Part shown: piece after piece, positions 19,441-27,146 of the stretch
Position numbering within the stretch: the first letter of the stretch is position 1
Layout of the letters: each line of letters starts with the position of its first letter
Source: Desulfocapsa sulfexigens DSM 10523
GTDB taxonomy: Bacteria; Desulfobacterota; Desulfobulbia; Desulfobulbales; Desulfocapsaceae
NCBI RefSeq assembly: GCF_000341395.1
Contig: NC_020304.1
Span: forward strand, 3,720,001 to 3,752,000
Direction: 5' to 3'
Length of the DNA stretch: 32,000 nucleotides
Notes under the pieces: model-generated
Database searches by the model: none
What the model was told of the DNA's origin: nothing
Seen by the model: only the letters and a program-made list of their open reading frames with translations
Made by a program: the position numbers and the translations under genes

Positions 19441-20787
19441 ATGACAACTAAGAAGATTGTCCTTCGTGATGATGAGATGCCAACTCAATGGTACAATGTA
19501 GGTCCTGATATCCCTAATGGTCTGCTGCCACCCCTTGATCCAGAGACCAAGCAACCCATGGGACCGGAAAAACTTGGCGCAATCTTCCCCATGTCACTTC
19601 TTGAGCAGGAAATGTCCCAGGAACGATTTATTGATATTCCTGAAGAGGTGCTCGACGTCCTGAAAATCTGGCGGCCTTCTCCCATGGTCCGTGCCAGAGC
19701 ACTTGAAAAAGCACTGGGAACGAAATCCAAGATTTACTTCAAAAATGAAGGTGTTTCTCCGGTTGGATCACATAAGCCTAACTCAGCAGTCCCTCAGGCA
19801 TATTATAATGCCAAGGAAGGAATCAAACGGTTGGCCACAGAAACAGGTGCCGGACAGTGGGGCAGTGCTCTCTCTTTTGCAACCCAAAAATTTGGCCTGG
19901 ACTGCAAGGTCTATATGGTGAAGATTTCCTTTGACCAGAAACCATACCGAAAATCCATGATGCACACCTTTGGGGCCTCCATTGTGGCAAGTCCAAGTGT
20001 GGACACCAATATCGGCCGTCAAATCCGTGAACAATACCCAGACACCGCTGGTTCTCTGGGCATTGCCATTTCAGAAGCCATAGAGGATGCTGCAAGCCGG
20101 GACGACACCAATTACGCACTTGGCTCTGTCTTAAACCATGTTGTCCTTCATCAGTCTATTATTGGCCTTGAAGCAAAGAAACAGATGGCTATCGCAGGAG
20201 ACTATCCCGATGTTATTGTCGGTTGCTGCGGTGGTGGATCAAATTTTGCCGGCCTTGCCTGTCCCTATGTTCCAGATTATCTGGAAGGTAAAAAGATACG
20301 TTTTGTCGGCGTAGAGCCTGCCTCATGCCCATCGCTCACCGGAGGTACCCTTGCCTACGACTTTGGCGATGTAGCGCAAACCACTCCACTACTGAACATG
20401 TATACTTTGGGCCATGATTTCATCCCTCCTGGAATCCATGCCGGTGGCCTGCGCTATCATGGCATGTCTCCCATTGTGTCAGCCATGGTTCGTGAGAAGA
20501 TAGTTGATCCTGTTAAAGTCCATCAGCTCGAGTGCTTCGAGGCCGGAGTGCTCTTTGCTAGAACAGAAGGCATCATTCCAGCGCCTGAGACCTGCCACGC
20601 CATCCGCGGTGCAATCATAGAAGCAACCCGTGAGCCTGAAAAACCTCAGACCATTCTCTTCAATTTTTCAGGACATGGTCTTATTGATATGGCATCCTAT
20701 GATAAATATTTTTCAGGCGACCTTCATGACTACGAATACCCACAGGAAGCTATCGCTGCCTCAATGGCTAAACTGCCAAAAATATAA
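19441..20787 (+). CDS. TrpB2-type tryptophan synthase beta-like PLP-dependent enzyme
   Basis: 448 aa with ..[16 protein letters not shown].. (PLP lysine), ..[11 protein letters not shown].., ..GLRYHGMSP... A strong AAGGAG lies upstream. Confidence 0.88.
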   Translation: MTTKKIVLRDDEMPTQWYNVGPDIPNGLLPPLDPETKQPMGPEKLGAIFPMSLLEQEMSQERFIDIPEEVLDVLKIWRPSPMVRARALEKALGTKSKIYFKNEGVSPVGSHKPNSAVPQAYYNAKEGIKRLATETGAGQWGSALSFATQKFGLDCKVYMVKISFDQKPYRKSMMHTFGASIVASPSVDTNIGRQIREQYPDTAGSLGIAISEAIEDAASRDDTNYALGSVLNHVVLHQSIIGLEAKKQMAIAGDYPDVIVGCCGGGSNFAGLACPYVPDYLEGKKIRFVGVEPASCPSLTGGTLAYDFGDVAQTTPLLNMYTLGHDFIPPGIHAGGLRYHGMSPIVSAMVREKIVDPVKVHQLECFEAGVLFARTEGIIPAPETCHAIRGAIIEATREPEKPQTILFNFSGHGLIDMASYDKYFSGDLHDYEYPQEAIAASMAKLPKI

Positions 20788-20804
20788 TTCTTAAATATCT
20801 GGCA

Positions 20805-22058
20805 GTGCGCTCAACAGTGGCCCAAAAGCTGCTCCGAAAAATTCATTATTCCATATTTTTCGGAGCAGTTTTGTTCTTTTTTGTTTCCCTTTTTCTGCCG
20901 TGCCTTTCCCAATCCGGAGAACTGCCGAAACTCCGAAAATATATTTCGAATGGCGGCTATGCCCTCAGCACAAACGGAAAAACTCTTTTTTCAAAAAACC
21001 TGACAACACCCTTCATTCCCGCGTCCACCTTAAAACTTGTCACCAGCCTCGCCGCACTTGAAATATTAGGGCCGGACCATTTCTTTTCTACCTATATCTA
21101 TCGAGATACCCAGGGAACACTTTATGTAAAAGGCAGCGGGGATCCCTTCCTGGTTTCGGAGAAAATCAGAACAATTGCCAGACTTGTTGCGGAGAAAGGG
21201 GTCACGGAAATAAACAATATCATTCTTGACGACACAGCTTTTGCCCTCGAGCACCCGATAACCGATGGTTCTATTAATTCATCCAATCCCTATGATGTCG
21301 GTTGCACCGCTCTCGGGGTGAATTTCAACACGGTCCCCCTGAAAGTACTTCAACATGCCAAAGTAGAATCGCCAGAATCCCAGACACCCTATCTCCGAAT
21401 CATGGGTCAAATAGGAAAAAGTCTCAACAGCGGTTATCACCGGGTGAATGTGGATGCATTCCCACGACAAAGTGAATTGGCCAACAATTTACTTTACTTT
21501 GGGCAACTGTTTCAAATCCTCCTTGAGGAACAGGGGATCGTGGTAAAAGGCACAATCAAACAAGGCGTTGTTCCTCAAGAAACCGAACTGGTTATCCAAT
21601 ACACAGCTGAAGAGACGACAGGCGATCTCGTGAAGTCCTGCCTCCTTTCATCCAATAACTTTATGGCGAATCAACTTTATCTTGCAATCGGCGTGAAACA
21701 ATACGGTTCCCCCGCAACATGGGAAAAAAGCCAGAAAGCGATGGCTGCTTTTGTTCACAACACCCTTGGCCTCAGGAATCAACAAATAACGATGGTTGAA
21801 GGTTCCGGCCTCTCAATGAAAAATCGTATTACTCCTGAAGCTCTACTGGTTGTTCTTGAACAGTTCAAACCCTACGCATCCCTTCTTCCCGTCAAATATG
21901 GCGTGGTCATGAAATCGGGAACTCTCAGAAAATCCGGTGTATTCTGTTATGCTGGATTAATACACCGAGGTAAAGATACACGTTGCTTCGTCATCCTTCT
22001 TAATCAAAAACAAAACAACAGAGACAAAATCCTTAACGTCCTTTACCACCAGTTATAA
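20805..22058 (+). CDS. D-alanyl-D-alanine carboxypeptidase/endopeptidase, PBP4 (peptidase S13) family
   Basis: 417 aa. It has an N-terminal hydrophobic signal, SxxK (PASTLKL), SxN (SSNNF) and KSG (MKSGTL) motifs in the expected order. GTG start, exact start uncertain. Confidence 0.8.
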   Translation: MRSTVAQKLLRKIHYSIFFGAVLFFFVSLFLPCLSQSGELPKLRKYISNGGYALSTNGKTLFSKNLTTPFIPASTLKLVTSLAALEILGPDHFFSTYIYRDTQGTLYVKGSGDPFLVSEKIRTIARLVAEKGVTEINNIILDDTAFALEHPITDGSINSSNPYDVGCTALGVNFNTVPLKVLQHAKVESPESQTPYLRIMGQIGKSLNSGYHRVNVDAFPRQSELANNLLYFGQLFQILLEEQGIVVKGTIKQGVVPQETELVIQYTAEETTGDLVKSCLLSSNNFMANQLYLAIGVKQYGSPATWEKSQKAMAAFVHNTLGLRNQQITMVEGSGLSMKNRITPEALLVVLEQFKPYASLLPVKYGVVMKSGTLRKSGVFCYAGLIHRGKDTRCFVILLNQKQNNRDKILNVLYHQL

Positions 22059-22388
22059 ATACTCAAAAAACATTCCGGACACACCCCACACGGTAGTACT
22101 GCCAATTTGTTTGACCCGAAAATCCTTCTCTAAAAAACACCCTGACAAAAAGTTTCGTTCTTTTTTTCGCAATCCAAAACAATACGCAAGCAACACAATA
22201 AGTCACTCCAGTTTAACACCCTGAAACAGCATAATTAAAGAAATAAATTGAACTCTTTAACTGTGTTTTCAAACATTTACCTTTACATTGTCCCCCCTCT
22301 TTGTCGTATAATTCATTTGCACCCCATAAATGGCACTGTTTGATAATTTTCACTTACAATAACAGGCCAGTAGTAATTTTTTCGAAAA

Positions 22389-22403
22389 TGGCATGGAATA
22401 TGC
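22389..22403 (+). promoter_or_regulatory. Sigma-54 (-24/-12) promoter candidate TGGCATGGAATATGC
   Basis: GG and GC are at exactly the consensus spacing (TGGCAC-N5-TTGC versus TGGCAT-GGAAT-ATGC). The -12 element ends about 80 nt upstream of the rhodanese ATG. Confidence 0.45.
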
Positions 22404-22410
22404 TTATGAT

Positions 22411-22451
22411 GTGCAAAGTTTATACTATCGCAAAGAAATTTACCTTTGCAC
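22411..22451 (+). repeat. 8-bp perfect inverted repeat GTGCAAAG-25 nt-CTTTGCAC in the predicted 5' UTR
   Basis: Read directly from the sequence. It begins right at the start site predicted from the sigma-54 match. An internal CGCAAAG copy also lies in the loop. Confidence 0.4.
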
Positions 22452-22483
22452 ATAAACATTTCTTTTAACTTTTTGGAGGAAGT

Positions 22484-23806
22484 ATGAAGAAAAATCTGAT
22501 CAAATTTATTCCTTTTTTCATCATGGCATCGTTTATGATGACCGGATGTAATCAGGATACGAGTTCCACCACCGCTGCGGCCAAGCCCGCAGTATCTACC
22601 CAGGCAAAAGCGCCGAAAGAACTGAAGTACGCGGGTAGTGTTGTGGGAAAATCCAACAAAGCAAAGAGTATTTCTATTTCCGTTGGAAAAGGCAAAGAAG
22701 CAAAGACAGTAATGGTTAAATTTGATGACAATACCAAGGGCGTTGAACATGCATCCCAAGGTCATGCGTCAATCATTTTCTATGAAATGCGTGATGGTCA
22801 GCCATGGGCAACTGTTATCAAGCCAAAGCTCGCAAAACTCCCTGAAGGAGTCACCGAGATCAAAACAGCAGAGATGAAAGCTCTGATGGACAGTCAGGAA
22901 AAATTTGTCCTTATTGATGCTCGTCCTGCAAAAAGATATGCTGCCGACCATATGCCCGGTGCTGTTAATCTCTCAGTACCTGACTATAAAGAAAAAGCCG
23001 CTTCCGTACTCCCTAAGGATAAAGACATACAGCTTATTTTCTATTGTGGAGGCCCCACATGAGGTATGTCCACCAAAAACGCCGGTCTGGCGAAGAAAGA
23101 AGGCTATAAAAATGTACGTGTTTACCTTGAAGGTGAGCCTGCATGGATAAAAGATGGCAACATGGTCCATGCCAGTAAAGGATTTGTCACAAAAGGAAAC
23201 ATCGTTCTCATCGATCTCCGTTCAGCAAAGAAATCTGCTGAAAAAAGGATCCCTCGGGCAGTCAGCATACCTTATGACACTCTTGACGACCGCCTGGATG
23301 ATATTCCTAAAAAAGCTCCCGTCGTTATTTACAGTGATTCCATGGAAGAATCCATGGATGCGTACTCTGATCTTCACGATGAGGGGTTCAAAAAAGTTTC
23401 AATGGTACCAGGAAACTTTGATGGCTGGGTAAAGAATGGTGGAGCAACCACCAGTGGACCAGTAGTCACCGACATCGTTTGGGTAAGAAAGCTTGGAAAA
23501 GGCGAAGTTGGCAAGGCCGATTTCATGAAAGCAGTTGACGGTAGCGATGCTGGTGCAATTATTCTTGATGTACGAACTCCGGACGAAGCAAGTGCCGGCG
23601 GGTTTAAAAATGCTATTGCTGTTCCTTTGGATCAAATAGCTAAACGTCTTTCCGAGATTCCAAAGGACAAAAAAGTCTATGTCCACTGCACCACTGGTGC
23701 CCGTGCAGACATGGCCGCTCAGGAACTGAACAAAAATGGCTACAAAGCATTCTTCTTCGTTGCAAATATCGACTGTAAAGGCAATGAGTGTAAAGTAGAA
23801 GATTAA
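22484..23806 (+). CDS. Triple-rhodanese-domain lipoprotein with in-frame UGA (candidate selenocysteine at 23060-23062); the ORF track splits it into 22484..23062 and 23066..23806
   Basis: Both ORFs share one frame and are separated by TGA plus one Gly codon. The TGA falls inside the rhodanese catalytic loop (..DIQLIFYCGGPT-U-GMSTKNAGLAKKEGYKNVRVYLEGEPAW..). There is a lipoprotein signal MKKNLIKFIPFFIMASFMMTGC with GGAGGA upstream. The third domain has a canonical HCTTGAR loop. Confidence 0.72.
23080..23092 (+). other. SECIS-like mini hairpin CGCC-GGUCU-GGCG downstream of the in-frame UGA
   Basis: A 4-bp all-G:C stem with a 5-nt loop GGUCU. The loop begins 22 nt after the UGA. The GGUCUG hexamer is shared with the apical part of the E. 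coli fdhF SECIS as I recall it (GCAGGUCUGC). Confidence 0.45.
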
Positions 23807-23828
23807 GAAGTACGAAAAAAAATCCTGA

Positions 23829-23866
23829 ACAGTCAGAATATAAGCTCATATTCTGACTGTGTTTTA
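23829..23866 (+). terminator. Rho-independent terminator after the rhodanese gene
   Basis: Perfect 13-bp stem ACAGTCAGAATAT/ATATTCTGACTGT (23829-23841 / 23848-23860), loop AAGCTC, followed by GTTTT. Confidence 0.8.
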
Positions 23867-24126
23867 CCATTCTGAGTCGATCCTGCCGGTCGACAACTCT
23901 CCGCAGGAGATGGAAGCCCTATCTATCCATCTCCTGCCTCTTTTTCCTGCGACTTATTCCTCGTTCTTCCCCCCTTATAAAACATTCTTTCTTGTTTTTG
24001 CTCTCACCCCTCACATCTGTTGCCTCCTTATCCTTTACTTATGGTAACGATGTCGATATTATCAAAGAGATGAACTGACCTAAACCCGTCATTTACCAGC
24101 CACCTTCTACCAAAAAAAAATGTAGT

Positions 24127-25872
24127 ATGACAAACAATACTGAAAAAACAGACGCAAACAAAAAATACCTGGAACCAACCCTTCATTTTACCAGAAAACG
24201 TATCCCAGTCGGAAACGAAGAGAAATCTGTAAAACTCATGGTTTCAGAACTGGTAAAAAAAAACCAGCCCCTTCTCTCATTTCCGCAATTTGCGAAATTT
24301 GAGGCAAGGGGGTATGAAAAAAGCCCTGTACGATCTGGAAAAAACACTCGGTTTTCTGATGACGGAGAAACACTGCTTGCCGATATAATTGGTTACCCAA
24401 GGATTGACACCATGTCCCAGGGAAATGACGAAGAACCAGTTCTACTCGTTTCCGTCACACCTCTTGTGAAAATATCAGGAGATGCCATGGCCGCCACCCT
24501 CCAACTTCACCCTCCCATTTCAACTGATTTTGCCATACGTAAAGAACCACTTCCGGAACTGCTAAACGAGGCTGGCATCCTCTTTGGGATAGACCAGACC
24601 GCCCTCCAGACGGCACAGGATATTATTGCTCAGGGCTACAGTGATTTTCATGACATCCCTATTGCCTTCGGACAACCGTCTCAGCAGGGGGTTGACGCCT
24701 ATCTGCAATTTGCCTTTGAGATTGGGCCCATCGCCGGCCAGATCATGGAAGATGGTACCATAGATTTTCGAGAACGTAGAATTATGATTGCGGTGGTGAA
24801 AGATGAACTCATTGCCACTAAAATACCTGAAATTCCAGGGACACCCGGGACAAATGTCCTGGGCCAGGAGATAGAGCCGGAAGGTGGCGCTGAACTTGAA
24901 ATCAAAATACACCAGGATGTCATATTTATAGAAAAAAGTGGCGAAATCAAAGCAACTAAAGATGGTATTCTGACGGTTGTCAATGGCTGTGAAATCAAAG
25001 TCTGTTCAAAGCAGGAGATACGAACCGACATTGATTACGCCACCGGCAACATAGAATCAAAGAGTTGTGTAATCATATATGGAGCAGTACAGCCAGGGTT
25101 CAAAGTAATAACCGGGGGAGATCTTGAAATAAAGAAAGAAGTCATGTCAGCTACCCTTTTCAGCGAGGCCAATATTGTCATTAAAGGTGGTATTACTGGT
25201 AAGAAAACAGATATTAAAGCTCTTGGTGATGTAGACTTCTTTTTTATAGAACAGGGCCAGATTAATTCTGGCGGCAACGTTATCATGCGCAAGCAGTCTT
25301 ATTACAGTGATATTTCCGCAAGAGGTTCCATTCTCTGCCAGGCTGGTACAACTATCATTGGCGGAAATATAATAGCTGGTAATTCGTTAACCGCTTTCAA
25401 TGTCGGTTCTCCCAATGGTAAACCCTCTTTTCTTGCCGCAGGTGTGGATATTGACAGACTCAATCTCCAAAGAGAGCTTTCACAACTCCTGGCCACACAA
25501 CAAGATGATATTATCCAATGGTTACAGCGCTATGGAGGGAGTAGGAAATCAAAAAAAATCAGGAAAATGGAAGCAGAGGTCAGTGAAACGAAGATGAAAC
25601 TCCTGAAACTGAATCTTATTCCAGGCAGCGGTCTCTACTCAAGAGTCGGTGAACTCAGAGAACCCACTGACCAGACAGAACAAAATGACGACGAAAGTGA
25701 AACGAATGCAATCCGGATTGATAAAATATTCATCGACCTCAAAGGCACTATCTTTTCCGGCACCGAAGTAAGGATTGGGAATTGCAAATTGCTGATCAAA
25801 AAAAATATCACAAAAAGACGACTCAAGTTGGATCAGAGCCTCAAAAGAATCATAGCACTTCCTCTAAAATAA
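24127..25872 (+). CDS. DUF342 / FapA-family protein
   Basis: 581 aa. It has the conserved ..IPGTPGTNVLGQEIEPEGG.. motif. A long beta-helix-like run of G-x-I/V repeats follows (..GNIESKSCVIIYGAVQPGFKVITGGDLEI..GGNIIAGNSL..), then a C-terminal coiled coil. The family call comes from remembered features. Confidence 0.7.
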   Translation: MTNNTEKTDANKKYLEPTLHFTRKRIPVGNEEKSVKLMVSELVKKNQPLLSFPQFAKFEARGYEKSPVRSGKNTRFSDDGETLLADIIGYPRIDTMSQGNDEEPVLLVSVTPLVKISGDAMAATLQLHPPISTDFAIRKEPLPELLNEAGILFGIDQTALQTAQDIIAQGYSDFHDIPIAFGQPSQQGVDAYLQFAFEIGPIAGQIMEDGTIDFRERRIMIAVVKDELIATKIPEIPGTPGTNVLGQEIEPEGGAELEIKIHQDVIFIEKSGEIKATKDGILTVVNGCEIKVCSKQEIRTDIDYATGNIESKSCVIIYGAVQPGFKVITGGDLEIKKEVMSATLFSEANIVIKGGITGKKTDIKALGDVDFFFIEQGQINSGGNVIMRKQSYYSDISARGSILCQAGTTIIGGNIIAGNSLTAFNVGSPNGKPSFLAAGVDIDRLNLQRELSQLLATQQDDIIQWLQRYGGSRKSKKIRKMEAEVSETKMKLLKLNLIPGSGLYSRVGELREPTDQTEQNDDESETNAIRIDKIFIDLKGTIFSGTEVRIGNCKLLIKKNITKRRLKLDQSLKRIIALPLK

Positions 25873-25924
25873 AGGTTTTATCAGCTCCCGGGTGAACCTT
25901 TAGCGGTCCCCAACACCAGAAGCA

Positions 25925-27142
25925 ATGATACTACTCCACACTTCAGACTGGCATCTGGGCCATAAACTTTACGGTCGCCAACGTCACCAGGAACAGTCCG
26001 AATTTCTTGATTGGCTGCTGGAGTGCATCGAAGAGCAGGAAGTAGATGCCCTTATTGTCGCAGGAGATATCTTCGACAGCCAGAGTCCATCCAACCAAAG
26101 TCTCGAAATGTATTATCGCTTCCTCTCCCGCGCTGCAAATTCCTGCTGCCGCCACATTATTATTATTGGAGGCAACCACGATTCCCCAACCCTCTTGGAC
26201 GCACCGCGGGAACTTCTCCATTTCTTGAATATCCACGTGATTGGGAGAGCTCCAGAGAACATCGAAGAGGCCCTTCTCATGCTCAATGATGCCGAGGGTA
26301 GCCCTGAACTCATTGTGCTTGCTGTCCCATATCTGCGCGACAAGGATATCAGACTGTCAGAGGCCGGTGAAAGCATAGAGGACAAACAGGATAAAATGCT
26401 GCACGGGATTAGGGAGTATTACCTGAGACTTTTCGAACTGGCCAAAAACAAGCAGCAAGAGCTGGATAATAAAGTTCCTCTTATTGCTACCGGACATCTC
26501 TTCTGTCAGGGTGGAAAAACCCGGCAGGGTGATGGAGTCAGAGAGTTGTATGTCGGTTCACTGGTTCAGGTGGGCCTTGATACATTCCCTCACGATATCG
26601 ACTATCTGGCTCTGGGTCATCTCCACCTTCCGCAGCGGGTCGCTAAACAGACCAATCGACGATACTCCGGCGCTCCGCTGGCCATGAGTTTCACAGAAGC
26701 CGACGAGGAAAAAGCTGTACTGCTCATCGATACGGACATGCAGTTTGATGTCAGGGAACTCGCAGTCCCCTCTTTTCAAGCCATTGCAAGTATTTCCGGT
26801 ACTCTTGAATCTATTCTTGAAGAAATCCAGACTTTATCCCAACGGGAGGAGGACATTCTTCTTGAAATTAATTACCAGGGACAAAGCCTTATTGATGACT
26901 TACAGGAACAGATTCATGCTGCTGTCACCAATACAAAGCTGCATGTACTCCGTATCAGCAATAAACGCATTTATGACCACATTCGGCAGCAGCACTCCGA
27001 GATCAAAACGCTTGAGGAGCTTACTCCATATCAGGTATTCCAACAGTGCCTCGATCTCAGTGGAATTCCGGATGAACAGCGCCCGGAAATGGAACTTGGG
27101 TTTGCCGCCGCTCTAGATGCCCTCCAGAACGAGGAAAACTGA
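25925..27142 (+). CDS. sbcD: Exonuclease SbcCD, nuclease subunit D (Mre11-like)
   Basis: 405 aa with the phosphoesterase motifs HTSDWHLG, GDIFD, GGNHDS, GH(L)F and GHLH in order. Confidence 0.9.
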   Translation: MILLHTSDWHLGHKLYGRQRHQEQSEFLDWLLECIEEQEVDALIVAGDIFDSQSPSNQSLEMYYRFLSRAANSCCRHIIIIGGNHDSPTLLDAPRELLHFLNIHVIGRAPENIEEALLMLNDAEGSPELIVLAVPYLRDKDIRLSEAGESIEDKQDKMLHGIREYYLRLFELAKNKQQELDNKVPLIATGHLFCQGGKTRQGDGVRELYVGSLVQVGLDTFPHDIDYLALGHLHLPQRVAKQTNRRYSGAPLAMSFTEADEEKAVLLIDTDMQFDVRELAVPSFQAIASISGTLESILEEIQTLSQREEDILLEINYQGQSLIDDLQEQIHAAVTNTKLHVLRISNKRIYDHIRQQHSEIKTLEELTPYQVFQQCLDLSGIPDEQRPEMELGFAAALDALQNEEN

Positions 27143-27146
27143 AGTC

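Noticed and set aside
22331-22346. A second TGGCAC motif (TGGCACTGTTTGATAA) as another sigma-54 promoter.
   Set aside because: At the correct spacing the -12 position reads GATA instead of TTGC. The nearest TTGA is 2 nt too close. Only the -24 half matches.
25870-25902. Inverted repeat TAAAGGTT-17 nt-AACCTTTA between the DUF342 gene and sbcD, as a possible terminator.
   Set aside because: It has a large loop and no downstream T-run. It overlaps the stop codon and is not convincing as an intrinsic terminator. It may be a weak structural element or chance.
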